64,000 bases of DNA from Amoebophrya sp. A120 (Eukaryota > Protista > Dinoflagellata). Both the position numbers and the translations under genes were made by a program. Position 1 is the first letter of the stretch. Each line of letters starts with the position of its first letter. The notes below the pieces were generated by a model. It did not search any database. It was not told the origin of the DNA and saw only the letters and a list, made by a program, of their open reading frames with translations. The stretch spans positions 3,218,768 to 3,282,767 of the forward strand of contig CAJINV010000009.1 of NCBI GenBank assembly GCA_905178155.1. The letters run 5' to 3'. Positions 12,312 through 26,021 of the stretch are shown in pieces.

Positions 12312-13477
12312 CACACAGCAGGTTCTCGTTCTTCTTCTTGTTCAACTGCGCGGCTCTTATCGCTGTTGCGGCAGGAACTCCACCCAGGCTAATCTCATTT
12401 CCTGACACGAACGCGGAGCGGACATGACCTGTGGTGTGGAGAAAGGAGTTGACGAGAACACATATCAAAAATGACCGATCTTCTCATTTAAATGATGCTT
12501 CTTCGTCAACGACTCCGAAAGTTATGTGTAGCAAGCACTTCGTCTCATGATCACTCGACACTGTGTGTGGCTGGCGCAACCGCCGCACGAGCTGGAGACA
12601 AAAAGAATGTGAACGAGAATGATCTTTTTTTGGTGGAAAGTAGGCGTAGAGGGGAGAAAAGGAAGGAGAAATCTTCAAGGCGGCCCATGATCATTTTGTC
12701 TTTACGAATTTATTGCAACTTCTCGTTGTGGTTCAATCCACTCCACTCCACTTGTGTTTAGCTCAAGTGCAGCTCCTGCATCGTTCGGGTTTTTTTCTTT
12801 GTTGTTGGTAAGCAGTGATCGATGAACTTGTCCGTACATACATGTACTAGGACTCAGCACGAGTAGTTGTACTACACGGTGGCGAGCACTTACTGCTAGT
12901 TAGTGCAGAACGGATCGTCTCCGGACTTGTTGTGATCCTCTATCCTCTCGGTCGTCGTGGTCGTGAATTGGGTCCTGTGTTGACGTCCGGCTGCTCTACG
13001 TCGTATAGTTGTTTTCCGATTGTACTGTGTTGCGCAGCTACAGTTGCTGTCGCGGTTCTTTTGCGGGCCTGCTCACGGTCGCCACGAAATGTGGATTAAA
13101 AATAAAAAAATAGATGAAATACGGGTGGTCTACTCGAAAATGAATGAATAAGGTACATCAACAGCGCTATGCGATAAACGGCGACAAGTACTACTTGGTA
13201 CGATTTGCGTGAGGCGCACGAAATAAGACAAAGTGTAGTTTATTCTGCAGGTAGTACTCACTGTCTGACTTACTTTTCTGAACGGACGAATGACAGGCCC
13301 CCTCAGACGTTACGATTTGGAGTGTAGGGTTCCAGCTAGATAGCATATTTTTATTCGCTTGTTAAAGTTTTATTCATTTACGCATCGCCACCTCGGTTGG
13401 CGCACAGAAGAGTAGTTCGAGTCCTTCCTCCTGAATGAGAATCCTCAGTAGAAAGATGTGCCAAAGCTTGTTATGTC

Positions 13478-16400
13478 ATGTTGAATAATATGAAACCCTG
13501 TTCCGCTCCCGCAGTGAGCGGAAGCAAAAATATGCCTTCATCCACGATGAACGCCCGCCCCGAGGACCACCGCTACACCGGACCACCGGAAGATGCCACC
13601 GCGGCGACACCACACCCTCTTCCCGGGGACTGCTTCGTGGAAGCAGGTGACTTGGATAGGTTCACCGTTTCTGCACTAAAACGGATGATTCCGGTCAGCG
13701 CGAAGGTTGCGGGTAGTTGTTCTACCAGGAGCGGAGTATCTTCTAATATGGAGGACGGAGTTTTTGCACCCACTTCCAGCCGGGCCAACGTCTCTACCAG
13801 TCGGGTCCCGACGAAGAAGGGGGATTTGGTGCAATTTGTCGCGTCTCTCAGGCTTTATCGGAGAAAGGACTTGCCGCGGCTGGTCCAACAGTACAGTACT
13901 GTGGCGTTATTTCATACTTCTTCTTCTTGTGCAGCTCGAGGTGCATCAACAACAATATCCGGTGGCGCTTCCAGCACAAGAGGGGGAAGTAGCAAAAGAC
14001 CCCGTGGAGGCCCGCAAGTAGAGGACCAGAATTCACCACTTCTCGACGAGGATGAAGTTGAGGAACAGGAGGAGGAGAGCCAGAAACAGAATCGCGTCGA
14101 AAGTAACCGTGTGTCGGCCGCTCCTCCGGCGAGGAAATCAGTATTAAAGCGACGGAAAATCATTGCAGCAGAAGACCACGACGAGAAAGGGGACCACAAG
14201 GGAAGAGCCCTTGGGAGAAGCGAGGAAGCCCACGCCACCCTTTGCCGCGCGACTGCGACAGAACAGCAAGGAAGAGCTTCACCAACCCGCCGGGAGGACA
14301 TCAGCGGCGAAGAAGGGGGGACTTCGCCCCGGCGGGGCACAGGGGGCACCGGAGAAGGGTTTTTCTGCACGCCGAACAGCGGAGCATTTCGAAAGGACAC
14401 TGGTGGAAAGAAGGTCGTGGGAAAAAACTGCACAGCGCAGCAGAGGAGCACGCCGTCGGCAGTAAAAATTCTACAGAGCTCCACAGCGCCGAGCCAGATT
14501 TCCGCCGTCGCATCTAGTCAGAACGACAACGCACTCGCTGTCAACTCCGAGGAGGTCTACTCCCAGTCAGTGCAAAAATTGCAAAGAAACCAGGGAGGTG
14601 TTGGTCCTCCTGGGAACATCAAAACGAAAACCACCAAAAAGAGGGCACAGATGAACAAGACGCCCGGTTCGGTGGCAAAGAAGAAGAAGCTGACGGATTG
14701 GCTTTTTAACAGCGAACTCAAGGCTCCTGGGGACAGACCCGAGACGAGCAGATTAGTTGTTCCCATCAACAAGGCTGGGATGATTCAAGGCGGTCCTCGT
14801 ACTGTTACTCCAACTGCTGTTGGACAAGCTCACCTTGTTTCATCTTCGCAGTCTGCTCACGTTCTTGAGGACCAAGTCAGTTTCACTGGTACTTCTAGAG
14901 CCACTGGTTCAGAAGACCACGCAGTACGACTACAAGAACCTCACCAAAACATCGGCCCAGCGGATAATTTGCTTCTTCTCCAGACGCTGCACAAGTGCAG
15001 CTACTGCGGGAAACAGATGAAGAAATACGTGTCCATATTACAATGAAAAATGCCTCCACCCCCGAACTTGGGAGCATTTGTATTGCAAACCTTTCCAAAT
15101 GAACCACTTGCCCTCTTGCATTTATCAGCATCACAGATTTCCGATAGTGAATAGCAAAAATTTGTATTGCAAAAGATCCCAGCAAGAGTGGCGTTCGTCA
15201 TACAAGCGATGCGAAAAACGCCTAGACTCTGCATCACAAAGATTCATACTCCTTTCATGCATGACAAAAAGTTTTCATTTGGAAACTTCGCATCACAAAT
15301 TTTTGCAATTTTGGGGGTGGGGGCAATTTTCCTCGCGAGAGTCCAGCCGGTGCTACGGCAACCTGGTGCACCGTTACGCGTGCGAGTCAAAGTTGGTGTT
15401 TCCAAAAATGACTACCACCGTGGAGGAATCTCGGCCGCACGACAACCACAGCGCGGAGGACATGTATTGTGAGAAAAAATCCTTCCCATACCCAAAAGGA
15501 AAATTTCTGATGCTGTGATTTCGGGCCACAAATTATCGGCTCTGTCTGGCACGAAGGCAACCACGGATGTGTGCGCCGCATGGCATTATGGAGGCGGTTT
15601 GTCATGCTGTTGGGCCTGCAGGTGGGCAGGTGTTTGGTCCCAACATGCTAAACAACCAGACCCCTTCCACGCTCCTAAACAGGCTGAGAACTTCTACTGC
15701 CTAGCTGCAGCTACTTACACCAGCAAGACATGCTGCTACGCAAGTCCAGCATCAGAAACTCTGTGTTTACTATGGGGAGTGGGGATCATTTTTCCTTTTG
15801 ATGATATGCTCTGGTTTTTCGAGCCGTTGTATTCAACGAAAAAACTGTTTCACGACTGTGGTGATTTTGCAAGATCTGCAACACAAGTTTGTTACACATG
15901 AAAAGAAAACTTGGCATGTGTGCTTCCCAAAGGAAAACACAGCTACAAATCCAATGTGTTGCATGTGTAGCAAGACAAACACATTTGCGTTCCGTTCTAT
16001 GCATTACAAAACAGTTTTTTCTTGCGATACGTTGATCCGGCCGGTGTTGCGCTTGGAAATGTGGGAAAACGACGTTTTTATTGTGGGGAAAAATCTCCCC
16101 TCCCCATATCGAAAAGGAAATTTGTGATGCTGATTTGTAACCATAAATCAGCTTTGTCTTGCGTACAAGGCAAACGGCCCTCATGTCTGTGGCGCATTGT
16201 GCAGCCAGTCTGTCATGCGTTTTCTCCTATGCCAGTCTTGTTTCTCATGCGCAGCTGCTAGCCGGATGCGTACCAAAATGGGCTTCGAATATTCCAACAA
16301 GCTCTTGCTGCAATACAAAGTTCATTTGTTTACACAAAACCAGCAACACAAATTGTCTTTTGAGTATGGGGTGGGGGCTTTTTTCACTTTGATAGTTTTC

Positions 16401-19400
16401 CGCGTTTATTTGGTTGTACCACCGACGTGTTTATCAGGAAAGACCGCCCGTGCTGCTGGCACGACGACCACGACGAATGATTATGCCGGTTCTAGTGCAG
16501 ATGATGTATACGACGTCGATGGTGGAAATGAGGTAGAGGCACAAGGTCAAAACTCTTCCAGTGCGCGAAATTATACTCCCGACGACGGCAACATTGTACA
16601 GACCTACCACAGGACTATGGCGCGCAATATTTTGAGCGAACTGCTTCGCTGCGGGATCGTCCAGGAGTTGGTGATTTATTTGCAGACGGCTGCGCGCAGC
16701 AGCAGTTGCGACGATGCTGCCTCGGCGGCGGGGGAAGCGGAGGACACAGGAAATACTGCTGTCCCGACGTGGTCGCATGAAGGAAGTAGAATTGAAGGTG
16801 CCGCCGTCGAGGAGCTGTATTTTCCCCTTGCCGATTACGAAAGAGTGTTGGAATATGGGGGTGTCAGAATCGAAATTGACAAAATCAAAAATTTTGTGAT
16901 GCACAAAATCGACGCCGGTTGGAGCCTCAGTTTCCAAGTGGCGCATGACAAATTTCGGGAGCGCCCAAATCCAGTCTGTCACGCAGTTTGGGCAAAGAAG
17001 ACTGCTCCTGTCGTGCTACTATGGCAGCACATTGCATATTACCCCTGAGCAGGCTTGCAATCGGTCTCATATGCCTGCTCCCCAATACAGGCCTTCAGTG
17101 CTCTACATTTTATGCATCACAAATGTTTCGATTTTGTCGATCCTGACACATCCATATGGAAACGATCGAAACGGAGCTACTGGACCGGGCGCAAATCCTA
17201 TCGTGAGAAAAAAGTGTTAGAGTTACACATTTTTTTGCAAGACAAGCAAGACAGAAAACCTCTGTCATGCAGAAAACGCGTGCCAGCCTCATTCCATTTG
17301 TGTTTTCCCTTATAGTCTGCGCATTACAACTTTTCTTCGCCATGCAGAGCAAATTTGTAATGCTGAAATTCCAACAAATGTGTAACTGTAAGAACACTTT
17401 TTTCCTTGGATAGATCCACCTACCCGATCCCACTGGGCAGTTTTCCTCCCTGAAAATTGACAAGATTCCGGATCAGGTCTTGAGCTACTTTCGGAACCAG
17501 CAAAAGTTTTTGGGGCATGCCACTTCTACTTCCCGAGCCGCGGGGTCCTCGTTGGCCGCCAGCGCGAAAAGCTTACCCGCACGGGCTGTTGACGGGCAGA
17601 AGTGGTCACATCACACAAGACGAATGGAAGAGATAGTAGATCACTGTTGTCTCGTCCCGCGATTAGAAAAGTTGAAAATCTGGCGACACCTACGGCCGTA
17701 TCAGAAACTGGGGGTCGAGTTTGGCTTGCAGAAAATGGAAATGGATGAGGATAGAGATTTCTTTGCGTCAGCACTAGAGAAGAAGATGGGCTCAAGTAAA
17801 ATTCCGAGCACTCCAGTACCATCTTCGGGGAAATTTATGTCATCAAGCAGGATGAAGAACAAAGGGATTCTCCTCGCGGACGAAATGGGGTTAGGGAAGA
17901 CAAGGCAGGCCTTGGCCATCGTGTTTGCCAAGCAGCTTTTTCCCTGTCTGTTTATCGTGAAGGCGGTCACACGCCTGGCCTGGAAACGGGAAATCGAAAT
18001 GATGTATTGCGATAAGGCCTTCAAAAATGCGTGTCAACAAGGGGGCGACGACGTCACTACGACCCGCACCCCTACGGTTGGCAAGGACATCCACCTAATA
18101 GCCTCCGCGGACGACGTATGCATTGCAAATATGTCTGGCTCTGGAAACTTGTAATGCTAAAAGTGAATGAGAGCTCTACTGCAATACGGAGCCAAGCATG
18201 ACAAACTTTTAGGCTCCTCGGTGTTGCGTGTTACGCATGGCAAACTGCGTTTTTGCATGACAGTTAAGAAGACCGCTTCGTGCCCATGCATCACAGATTC
18301 TTGAGTCATGTCAGACATGCATGACAATGTAGCAATCTTCCAGACCCAGAGATGTTTGCATTCCATACGACGCGCTGCCCAACGGGAAGCACGCAAAACT
18401 GCCGTATCAAGTGCAAATATGTCTGGGTCTGGAAGGTGGTAACTTGTGATGCTGTCTTTGGAAGGTTAAAAAAATCTGTATTGCATGATCAGCAAGAGGA
18501 GTTCAGTCTGTGCTGCGCGGAGTGGGCGTTTCTCATGCGCAATACGCATCAGAAGTCCACTCAAAAATCTGTGATGCTAGGTCATGCATAATACAGGCAT
18601 CATGTGCTATGCAAAATATGCATGAATCGGGAATCGGGAATAGTAAAGTGCAAAGAGTGGGAATCGGGAATCGGGAAAAACAAAATTACTTCGTCTTCTT
18701 GTCGCCAATGCAAGTAACCTGAGGTGCCGCACACCTCTAGCTCTAGCCTCTTGTTGATTACTTCTTACTCGTTCGGTCGCGCATGTGTGGTGCAGCCCGC
18801 GCAGAGTTTTTTGTTTTTCATGCGACTCTGCAGCACCCACGTAAGTTTGCATGTCCAAGTCTCGCGACTTTTATGGGCTCACGCACATCCGAGATCGGGG
18901 GGGTGGGAGGGGGTCTCCAAGCCAGAAAAAAAAAAATGCAAAGAGTGGGAATCGGGAATAGTAAAGTGCAAAATATGCATGACAAACCTGGCAATCTTCC
19001 AGACCCAGACATTCTTGCACTTGATATGCCGAAGTGCGTAATTATTTCCTACCACATGGCCGTGAATTTACTGCCGCAACTGCTGCTCTTCACGCGAAAT
19101 TTTGTTTGTGCGGGCACGAAGTTGAGAACCGAACGACACGACAGCTTTTCCGCCCCTACCGTAGTAGACAGCTCCTACTTTTGTTGCGTGGTGGTCGATG
19201 AAGCGCACTGTCTGAGGAGAGCCAGCGGTAGTTCCGCTGCGGCTGCAGCTGGTGGAGTCGACCTGGGTTATCGAGTGCAAAAATGTGTGGGTCTGGTGGA
19301 AGAAGGCAAGTTTGTCATGCTTGTCTGACATGACTAGAGAATCTGTGTTGCATACTTAGGCACGAAAAGGCCCTCTTACCTGTCATGCAAAAACGCAGCT

Positions 19401-22400
19401 TGCCATGCGCAATACGTAAGACATGGCAGCCAAAAAATTTGTCATGCATAGCTGCGTATTGCAGTGCGTCTCTCTTCTTTCACTTTTAGCATTACAAGTT
19501 TCCAGACCCAGACATTTTTACAATCCATATAGAAGGTGGTGGTGCAACTTCCTCTTTCATGACGACGCAGATTTCCCGGTTGCTGAAGAAGATTCCCAAA
19601 CTCATTTTCCTCACCGGGACGCCTTGCATGCACAAGATCGACGATTTGCGGACACAGATCGCGCTGCTGACATCTTCACCGGAGCAAGAAGACGCTGAAC
19701 AGCAGCAGATACGAAAACAACAATTGCAAGACGGGCAGGAGCAGTTAGCAGTGAGGAACATCAGAAAGGGCTGCAATAAAAGCAGCATCAATAAAACGAC
19801 GAGTAAAAAAGCTAGTTGTACAACTAGTCCCCTGTCTTTTCTCTCCCTCTACGACCTGTACCACACCGATGCGCGGAACCGGTCGAAAGTGTTGAGATTT
19901 CACGAGTTTCAGCTCCTGTTGAAGTCGGAGCTGATGATCCGACGGCTGAAGAAGGACGTCATGGCCGATCTTCCGCCCGTGCTCGACCTGCCGTTTTTCT
20001 TGCAGGTGACGGAGCACAGCTACAAATTTGTGTCGAAGAAGTTCTCGACCACTTCGAAGTCACAAGGTAAAGAGAACAACGACGACCAAAGAACCGCGGA
20101 AGTGGTACTAAAGCAGGATAGTGCTGCAACAACTTTGCAGGAGACCACGATGGGTCCCAACGGCGCGCCGCCCGAAAACCAGCTGGGGACTCTGCAACTC
20201 GCGGCCCTCGCGAAAGTGTTCGACGCGCGTTTTTGGCTGCGGGAGAAAGTTGTTGCTGCCTGCGTGGAGAAAAGAAGCAAAATCGTGTTTTTCGCGCACC
20301 ACAAGAGAGTTTTGGACATGCTGGTGGAATGGGTGATAAAGCCAATTACGAGTGGTCGCGGTGGTTTGCCCGGTGTTGTATCAAAGGTTGCAGGAGGAGC
20401 AGGAGCTGCTACGGATAGAAATGACAAGGCCAGCAGTAGCAACAAGAAGAGCAGCTCGGGAGAGGACAAGAGGAAAAGTAAAATTGATGAAGGCAAAGAC
20501 CACAGAACGTCGACCAGCGGCCTTGCTGGTAAAAAGACCTACGGTGCTCCAACTAGCGATGCCGACGACCAGTCTGTGTTGCACTCTAACAGCAGCAGCA
20601 CTATCCGCTACATTCGCGTGGACGGGGATCTAGACGCGAGGCAGAAGCAGCACCAGCTGGACCTGTTTCAAGGACTTTCGAAAGGAGCTCCCGCAACAGA
20701 AGAGCAAGAAGGACCTCCGTCCTCAGCGCTATTAAAACAACCACAACTCCCCGCGTCCCCCCGATACGACATCGCTTTGGTGTCCATGACTGCGGCGGGA
20801 ATTGGGATCAACGGGCTGGAGCAGGCTTCTACCGCCGTTTTTCTCGAGCTGCCCGATAGTTGCCACTGGTGGCAGCAGTGTCGGGCCCGGCTCGACCGGT
20901 TTGGGCAGAAGAACGAGATTATCATACAGAAAAAAACTGGCAGGTCATATTTGTAATGCAAAAACAAATAGACAAAGACAAAAAGATTTGTATTGCATAT
21001 CCTAAATAGCACGCTATGAGGCCGCCCATGACAGATTTTTCTGTGTATTTATTTTTGCATTACAAATACTCCCTGCCAGCTTTTTTCTGTGTGATAGAGA
21101 TTGTCGAGTTGTGGTATCTGATCGGGAGTCGGGAGAGGGAATATAGAACAGCCAGTTATGATGTTGAAGAAGCGGCCACCGATCATGATGAGAGAGGAGA
21201 ACAAACCACGCAGAAAGGTAGGAGCGGGACGAGGGAACGTCAAGAAGGCGCTGAAGCGAAAAAGGATAGGAATACTAGTACAGCAGAGGCGGTTCATCAG
21301 GGTGATGATTTTCCTCCAAGAACTTCCGCACAGCAACTGTCGGAAGATTTAAAAATCTTCGAAACAGACTCAGTACAACCCGCAGCCGCAGCGACGGCGG
21401 TTTGGAACAAATTTTCCGACTCTCGGCGGTGGGCGGAGTTGAACCGGGCCGCGGGGGAACTAAGGAAACTGTTCGATGTGGGTGGGAGCGGAGGAGGTGC
21501 TTCTAGTACGGCTAGCGATGTGCTAGTACCTGTAGCTCCTCAACAGCGTCACAATTATGCTGGTAAAAGTACACGAGTCGATGCCGAGGGCACGGCACAT
21601 GAGGAAATGCCGCAGAGTAGTGAAGCATTATCTACTGTGGCGAATCCACCACGCCAGGAGCCAAATTCACGATCAAGGCAAGAGCCCAGCTGTGACCTAC
21701 AACATACCACTTCCTTCTCGCCATTTTTTTCCGAGCGAGATCTCGCCTTCGAGGTTTCCCGGGACACAGAGTTGGTGCACGTATACTACAGCCTGCATTT
21801 TTCACCCTCGGCCAGAGACAATTCGAATTCGAATTCCACAAGAAGAACAAGGTCTGTCTCTGTAGATGCACCAGTAAAAGTTCAGCAACAGAATAAAAAA
21901 GCTCGCACAGCAAGTATCCCGACCGCAATTGCAGCCGGTGAAGATGAACAAGCAGATCGATCTATTTCTCTTGCAGGGCGGCACACGGGACTGGATCCCT
22001 TTTCCATCTCCGAGTTGCAGGAAGAGGATCGACATCGACCAGATTCTCGTGCCGCGCAAGGTATTGATAAAGCAGCAGCGGACAAGGCGTGGTCCCCTAG
22101 AAACTCCTCGTTGGAGGTCGGTCACGAGGACCAGCATCAACACGACGTAGATCTTCTCTTTTCCGTCAAAGAAATCGCGACAAGATTTTACCGGTTTTAC
22201 GACCAGCAGCCGACTTGGGTCAAAGCCCGCCTACACGGCGTGCCGGTGTGTTTGCCAGATTTTTCCGACCTGGTGAAGGCCTTGAGGCAGGAACACAATG
22301 CCGTAGCTGATGCTAGCGAAGGAGGTATATTGGGTGGAATTGCAGGTGGTGGTTGTGGTACCGGCACGCTTGATGTTGATGTTGTTGAGCACAGGGGTTC

Positions 22401-24559
22401 ATCTTGCCTAGACGAAGCAATCCACAGGACCACCACCACCTCGTCGTCGACCACGAGAAGGTACGCGGAGGTCGGAAAGCCCAGCACGGTGGAGAAACTG
22501 ATGTTTGAGAAGTTGAAAGCGGAGTTTGGGAGAAACAAGAAGAACGTCGCGGCCATATCTACTACTACAACTTCTGAGACGAGTTCTTGTAGAAGATCAC
22601 AGAAAGTAGCCACCAAATGCAGCTCTACATCTACTCGCACGACAGACCTACGCTGGGTCATAGCGGAATTTCCGGATCCGAAATTCAAAACGCTTACGGC
22701 GTACGTGGCCCCATTCGATTTCGAACAGAACGTGTTGCACTGCGCGAACTGCATTGGGGAGAGGATCGAGAATAAAGTTCTTGATGATGGATCAGCAGTT
22801 CGTGTCGGGGCTGATAAAGAAGAACGTTGTGGTAAGGCAAAGGCTGGCCTCACGGGCGTGCCAGCAGGACACCAGGAAGGGCTCAGTACAATAGACGAAG
22901 ATGAAGGAGATGCAGAAGTAGAACTGCAAAGAGAAGCAGAATCATTATCCGACGCAGGCCACCGCCCCGCCAGCACGAAAGATGCTTCACTGCGTTACGA
23001 AGTCGTGCTTCTGGAAGACGAAGAAGATGAGCCGGAGATTGATATTAAAAGTGGCGCAATTACGCGCAGCACGAAAATTGCGAAACAAAAGTCGTCTGCC
23101 GCGCAACCGGCTGCTTCTGCTCAAAAGAAAAACAGCCAGAAAGACATGAGAAGTATTGCCAGATCTTCTCGAACTGCAGCAAAACGGCCACTGAAAAGCC
23201 AGCTCACGCAAGAGGAGGAGCGAGAGAATTTGGAAATGTTTGTGGAGCGGCAGTACAAAAGCAACGCGCGTGCTGACGTTGAGGAAGTAGAACGTGAAGG
23301 AGGAAAGGAGCATCCGGAAATAAAGCTGCACACGGAAACAACAAGGGAAACAGCAAGACAGAACCAGAAGCAAGTTTTGCCGGACCAAGTTGTCGAACCG
23401 GTCGTCCAAGATAAATTTCCAGACACGGCTATCGACTTCTCGGTCCGCGTCAAACTCGCGTGCAAAAACGACCTCTTTTGCTGCGGAAAATGCTCGCGGG
23501 AGTACAAAATGAAGCGAAGTGGGTCGAAACTTATCAAATGCAAAAATGTCTGGGTCTGGAAAAGTGGAACTTGTCATGCTAAATCTGAATCATGAAAAAA
23601 TATGTCTTGCGTGAGCAGCAAAAGAGAAGCTTTCTTTGTCATGCAAAAACGCAATTTGTGATGCGTGATAGGCATCAGCAGGCATCTCAAAAACTTGTCA
23701 TGCTTGGCTGCCATTGCAAGCGCTTCAATCATGCTCAATTCAGCATTACAGGTTTCCAGACCCAGGCATATTTGCACTTGATAAAACTGAGACAGTGTTT
23801 ATTCCAGTACGAAAAGGGGCAGTGTCAGCAGTGTGCCGTGGACTGCGACGCGGTGTTTTTGCAACTACTGCAATTAGAGCCGGATCATTTTCTTGAAGAA
23901 GATCTTCCTGTTCTTGCAGGAGCTACAACGGAAGATCGTGACCACGTACAATTAGTTGATGGGAGCAGAAGCAAGAAACCCGCTGCAGCAGGAGTGCCGT
24001 CAGCCGCTGGAAAAAATTCTGCGTCATCGTCAAATGGTAATGCCCGCGAATTGTTGCTGAGGAAAGCTTTTTTGCTGCCGGAGGTGACCAAGACCGCAGC
24101 GAAGGGAACTCCAGGTAGCAGCAGCTCCTCCATGCGCACCAAAAGAAAAGCAGCTGATGCTGAGAAAGAACAGAAAGCGCATAGTACAGAAAGAGATCCT
24201 TCTACGAACGAGTACATTGTGAAGTCAAAGTACTGGGAAAATCTGTTGACAAAACCCTGCAAGGACTTGAAGCAAGGCGACCTCTTATGAACTGCAAAAG
24301 CATCGTACTTGTACTAGGATAAAGTGCATTACAAATTTCCTTAGCATCAGAAATGGAATTTGTCATGCGGATTTGCCTTAAGAAAAAGATTTGTAATGCA
24401 TGACTGCAATTACTACGAGTGCGACACTTTTGCACAGGATACCTCTGGCACTGTGACCATGTGAAAGAGGTGCAAGACGGTGGGGGCGAGGCGTTTCAGT
24501 GGCATGAAATACAAACCCTGTGCGTCTTCTGTCATTTGAGAAAAACGCACGGGAAATGA
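13478..24559 (+). CDS. ZRANB3: ZRANB3-like SNF2 annealing helicase with C-terminal HNH endonuclease, 13 exons
   Basis: SNF2 motifs LRPYQ, ILLADEMGLGKT, VVVDEAH, FLTGTP, MIRRLKKDV, VFFAHH, YIRVDG, AAGIGI and RLDRFGQ. After element removal the C-terminus reads FCCGKCSREY...SKL|RQCLFQYEKGQCQQC and DL|WHCDHVKEVQDGGGE...IQTLCVFCHLRKT (HNH), matching the ZRANB3 C-terminus. The start codon is uncertain. Confidence 0.85.
15036..15340. mobile_element. Introner-like element, family B-like
   Basis: TSD GTCCA; the right terminus reads GA instead of TA. Confidence 0.8.
15465..15803. mobile_element. Introner-like element, family B-like
   Basis: TSD ACATG/ATATG; frame is restored on removal. Confidence 0.7.
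15830..16029. mobile_element. Introner-like element
   Basis: GAAAAAACTGTTT / AAACAGTTTTTTC inverted ends; TSD CGTTG. Confidence 0.8.
16079..16394. mobile_element. Introner-like element, family B
   Basis: TIRs present; TSD GTTTT. Confidence 0.85.
16854..17156. mobile_element. Introner-like element, family E
   Basis: TATGGGGGTGTCAGAATCGA ... TCGATCCTGACACATCCATA; TSD TGGAA. Confidence 0.85.
17199..17412. mobile_element. Introner-like element
   Basis: GAAAAAAGTGTT..AGTTACACATTT and its inverse; TSD AATCC/GATCC. Confidence 0.8.
18117..18367. mobile_element. Introner-like element, family A
   Basis: TIRs present; TSD CGACG. Confidence 0.85.
18405..19026. mobile_element. Family A introner with a nested ~340-bp insertion
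   Basis: TATCAAGTGCAA...TTGCACTTGATA; TSD TGCCG. Confidence 0.85.
19269..19529. mobile_element. Family A introner with decayed TSD; in-frame GT-AG intron 19267-19532 is possible
   Basis: TIRs intact; flanks TGGGT and TAGAA. Confidence 0.75.
20920..21096. mobile_element. Introner-like element, family C
   Basis: Long TIRs; TSD GAGAT. Removal gives GQKNEI|VELWYLIG. Confidence 0.85.
23532..23783. mobile_element. Introner-like element, family A
   Basis: TIRs present; TSD AAACT. Confidence 0.85.
24286..24441. mobile_element. Short introner-like element immediately before the HNH motif
   Basis: TGCAAAAG / CTTTTGCA inverted ends; TSD CCTCT. Confidence 0.8.
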
Positions 24560-26021
24560 AAGTAGTAAATCTTTTCGACAATAAAGCTCAACTAAGGTCC
24601 TGCGTTTCTGCAGCTGTGATGTGAAAAAGAAATTTGACAAAAGAGTCATACTGTCGTAATCTTCGCTTTTCTCCTCAAATGGTACAACGTGAGGAGCGCC
24701 ACACATCGTCGAAGGAAAAAGTTATGTTCCAGTTTCACTATGTCGTTCGAAGATCTTTTTTCCGCAGCAGCATCCTGTTGTTTTCAATAGATGCGGCGCC
24801 GCACTGCGCAATATGGCACATTTGCAATGATCTTGTGTCGTAGCGACGTACCTGGCACTCCTTCGCTTCTACCCTGCGTGGCGTCATGAATCACATAAGC
24901 GCAGCATGCACATACTGACTAGGTATCGTAAGTGAAGAAATCAAACAGTGAGTAGAAACGACCCAGACGATCTTTAAATCAGAATCTGAATACCGCCACA
25001 CAGTACACGTACAAGCTCGTATGAACTCGATCCATGTCCATCAGCAACACACTACTACCTTGTCTATCACTATCGCGTACTTTTTTCCCAACCCCTGATA
25101 AAGGCGAAAAGATCCCCCGTTCTCGCAGCGTACTCACATCTGAATCTTCCTGGCTTACGATGCGATAGAATAAAACAAGAATTCAAAGACCTGTACCCGC
25201 AAAAAACGCGCGGACGTTGGAAAGGAAGCAAGAGTTCAGACTTCTGGGCCAACGAACGTAGAGCCACCAGCCCTGGCGCATTACGAAAGAATTTTACGCA
25301 CGATACAGCCTTTTGGATTGGTTGGAACGAATACCGTACTACGATTTTTACGTTCATCCGCAAGTCGTGCACGATTGGAGAGGGCAGGACCAAGTCATAC
25401 GCTGTGCCTGACAGCGAGACTGCCGTATCACCTCCTGCTGAATGGTTACGTGAAGAACGTATGATAGCAACACAGGAGCACGAAGATCGATCTTAAAGTG
25501 GAACGTGCTTTATTACCTCGTCCGCCGAAGGTCCTGCGGATGCGGATCTTTTACCTTTATCTTTTTGGACCATCTAAGCGGATCCTTTTCGTGAACTGGT
25601 AAAAATCACCCAAACCTAGTACGTGGTGCGCAGGACGAATAAAGCCCAAGTAACCGACGGCTCTGCGGTCCTTTTTGATCAGCGCATTTTCGCCGTTGGT
25701 CCGCGCAATCAAATGAAATTCTAAAAAACCTTCAGTCCGTGCGTGGGAAGACCGCTACCTAGTACTACTTTCGGAAGAAGAAACGTGGAACAATTCCTGG
25801 ATTTTTGGATTGGTCAAATAAACGTGGAAAACTTGTTAGTACGTTGTCGAGTACGTCTACAGCCGCCTTGCTGCCACGACCGTTGAGCAACATCAATTGA
25901 TAGGGCTTCTTGACAACTCAAGCAGAAACACGAAAAATACCTGCGTTTGGAACGTACCTAAATCGAATCCAGGACCTTGAACTACACGTTCCGTTTTTCC
26001 CCTCCGGGCAGAAGAATCCAA

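Noticed and set aside
18626-18672. GGGAATC repeats as telomeric sequence
   Set aside because: Only a few copies, and they do not match TT(T/C)AGGG-type repeats.
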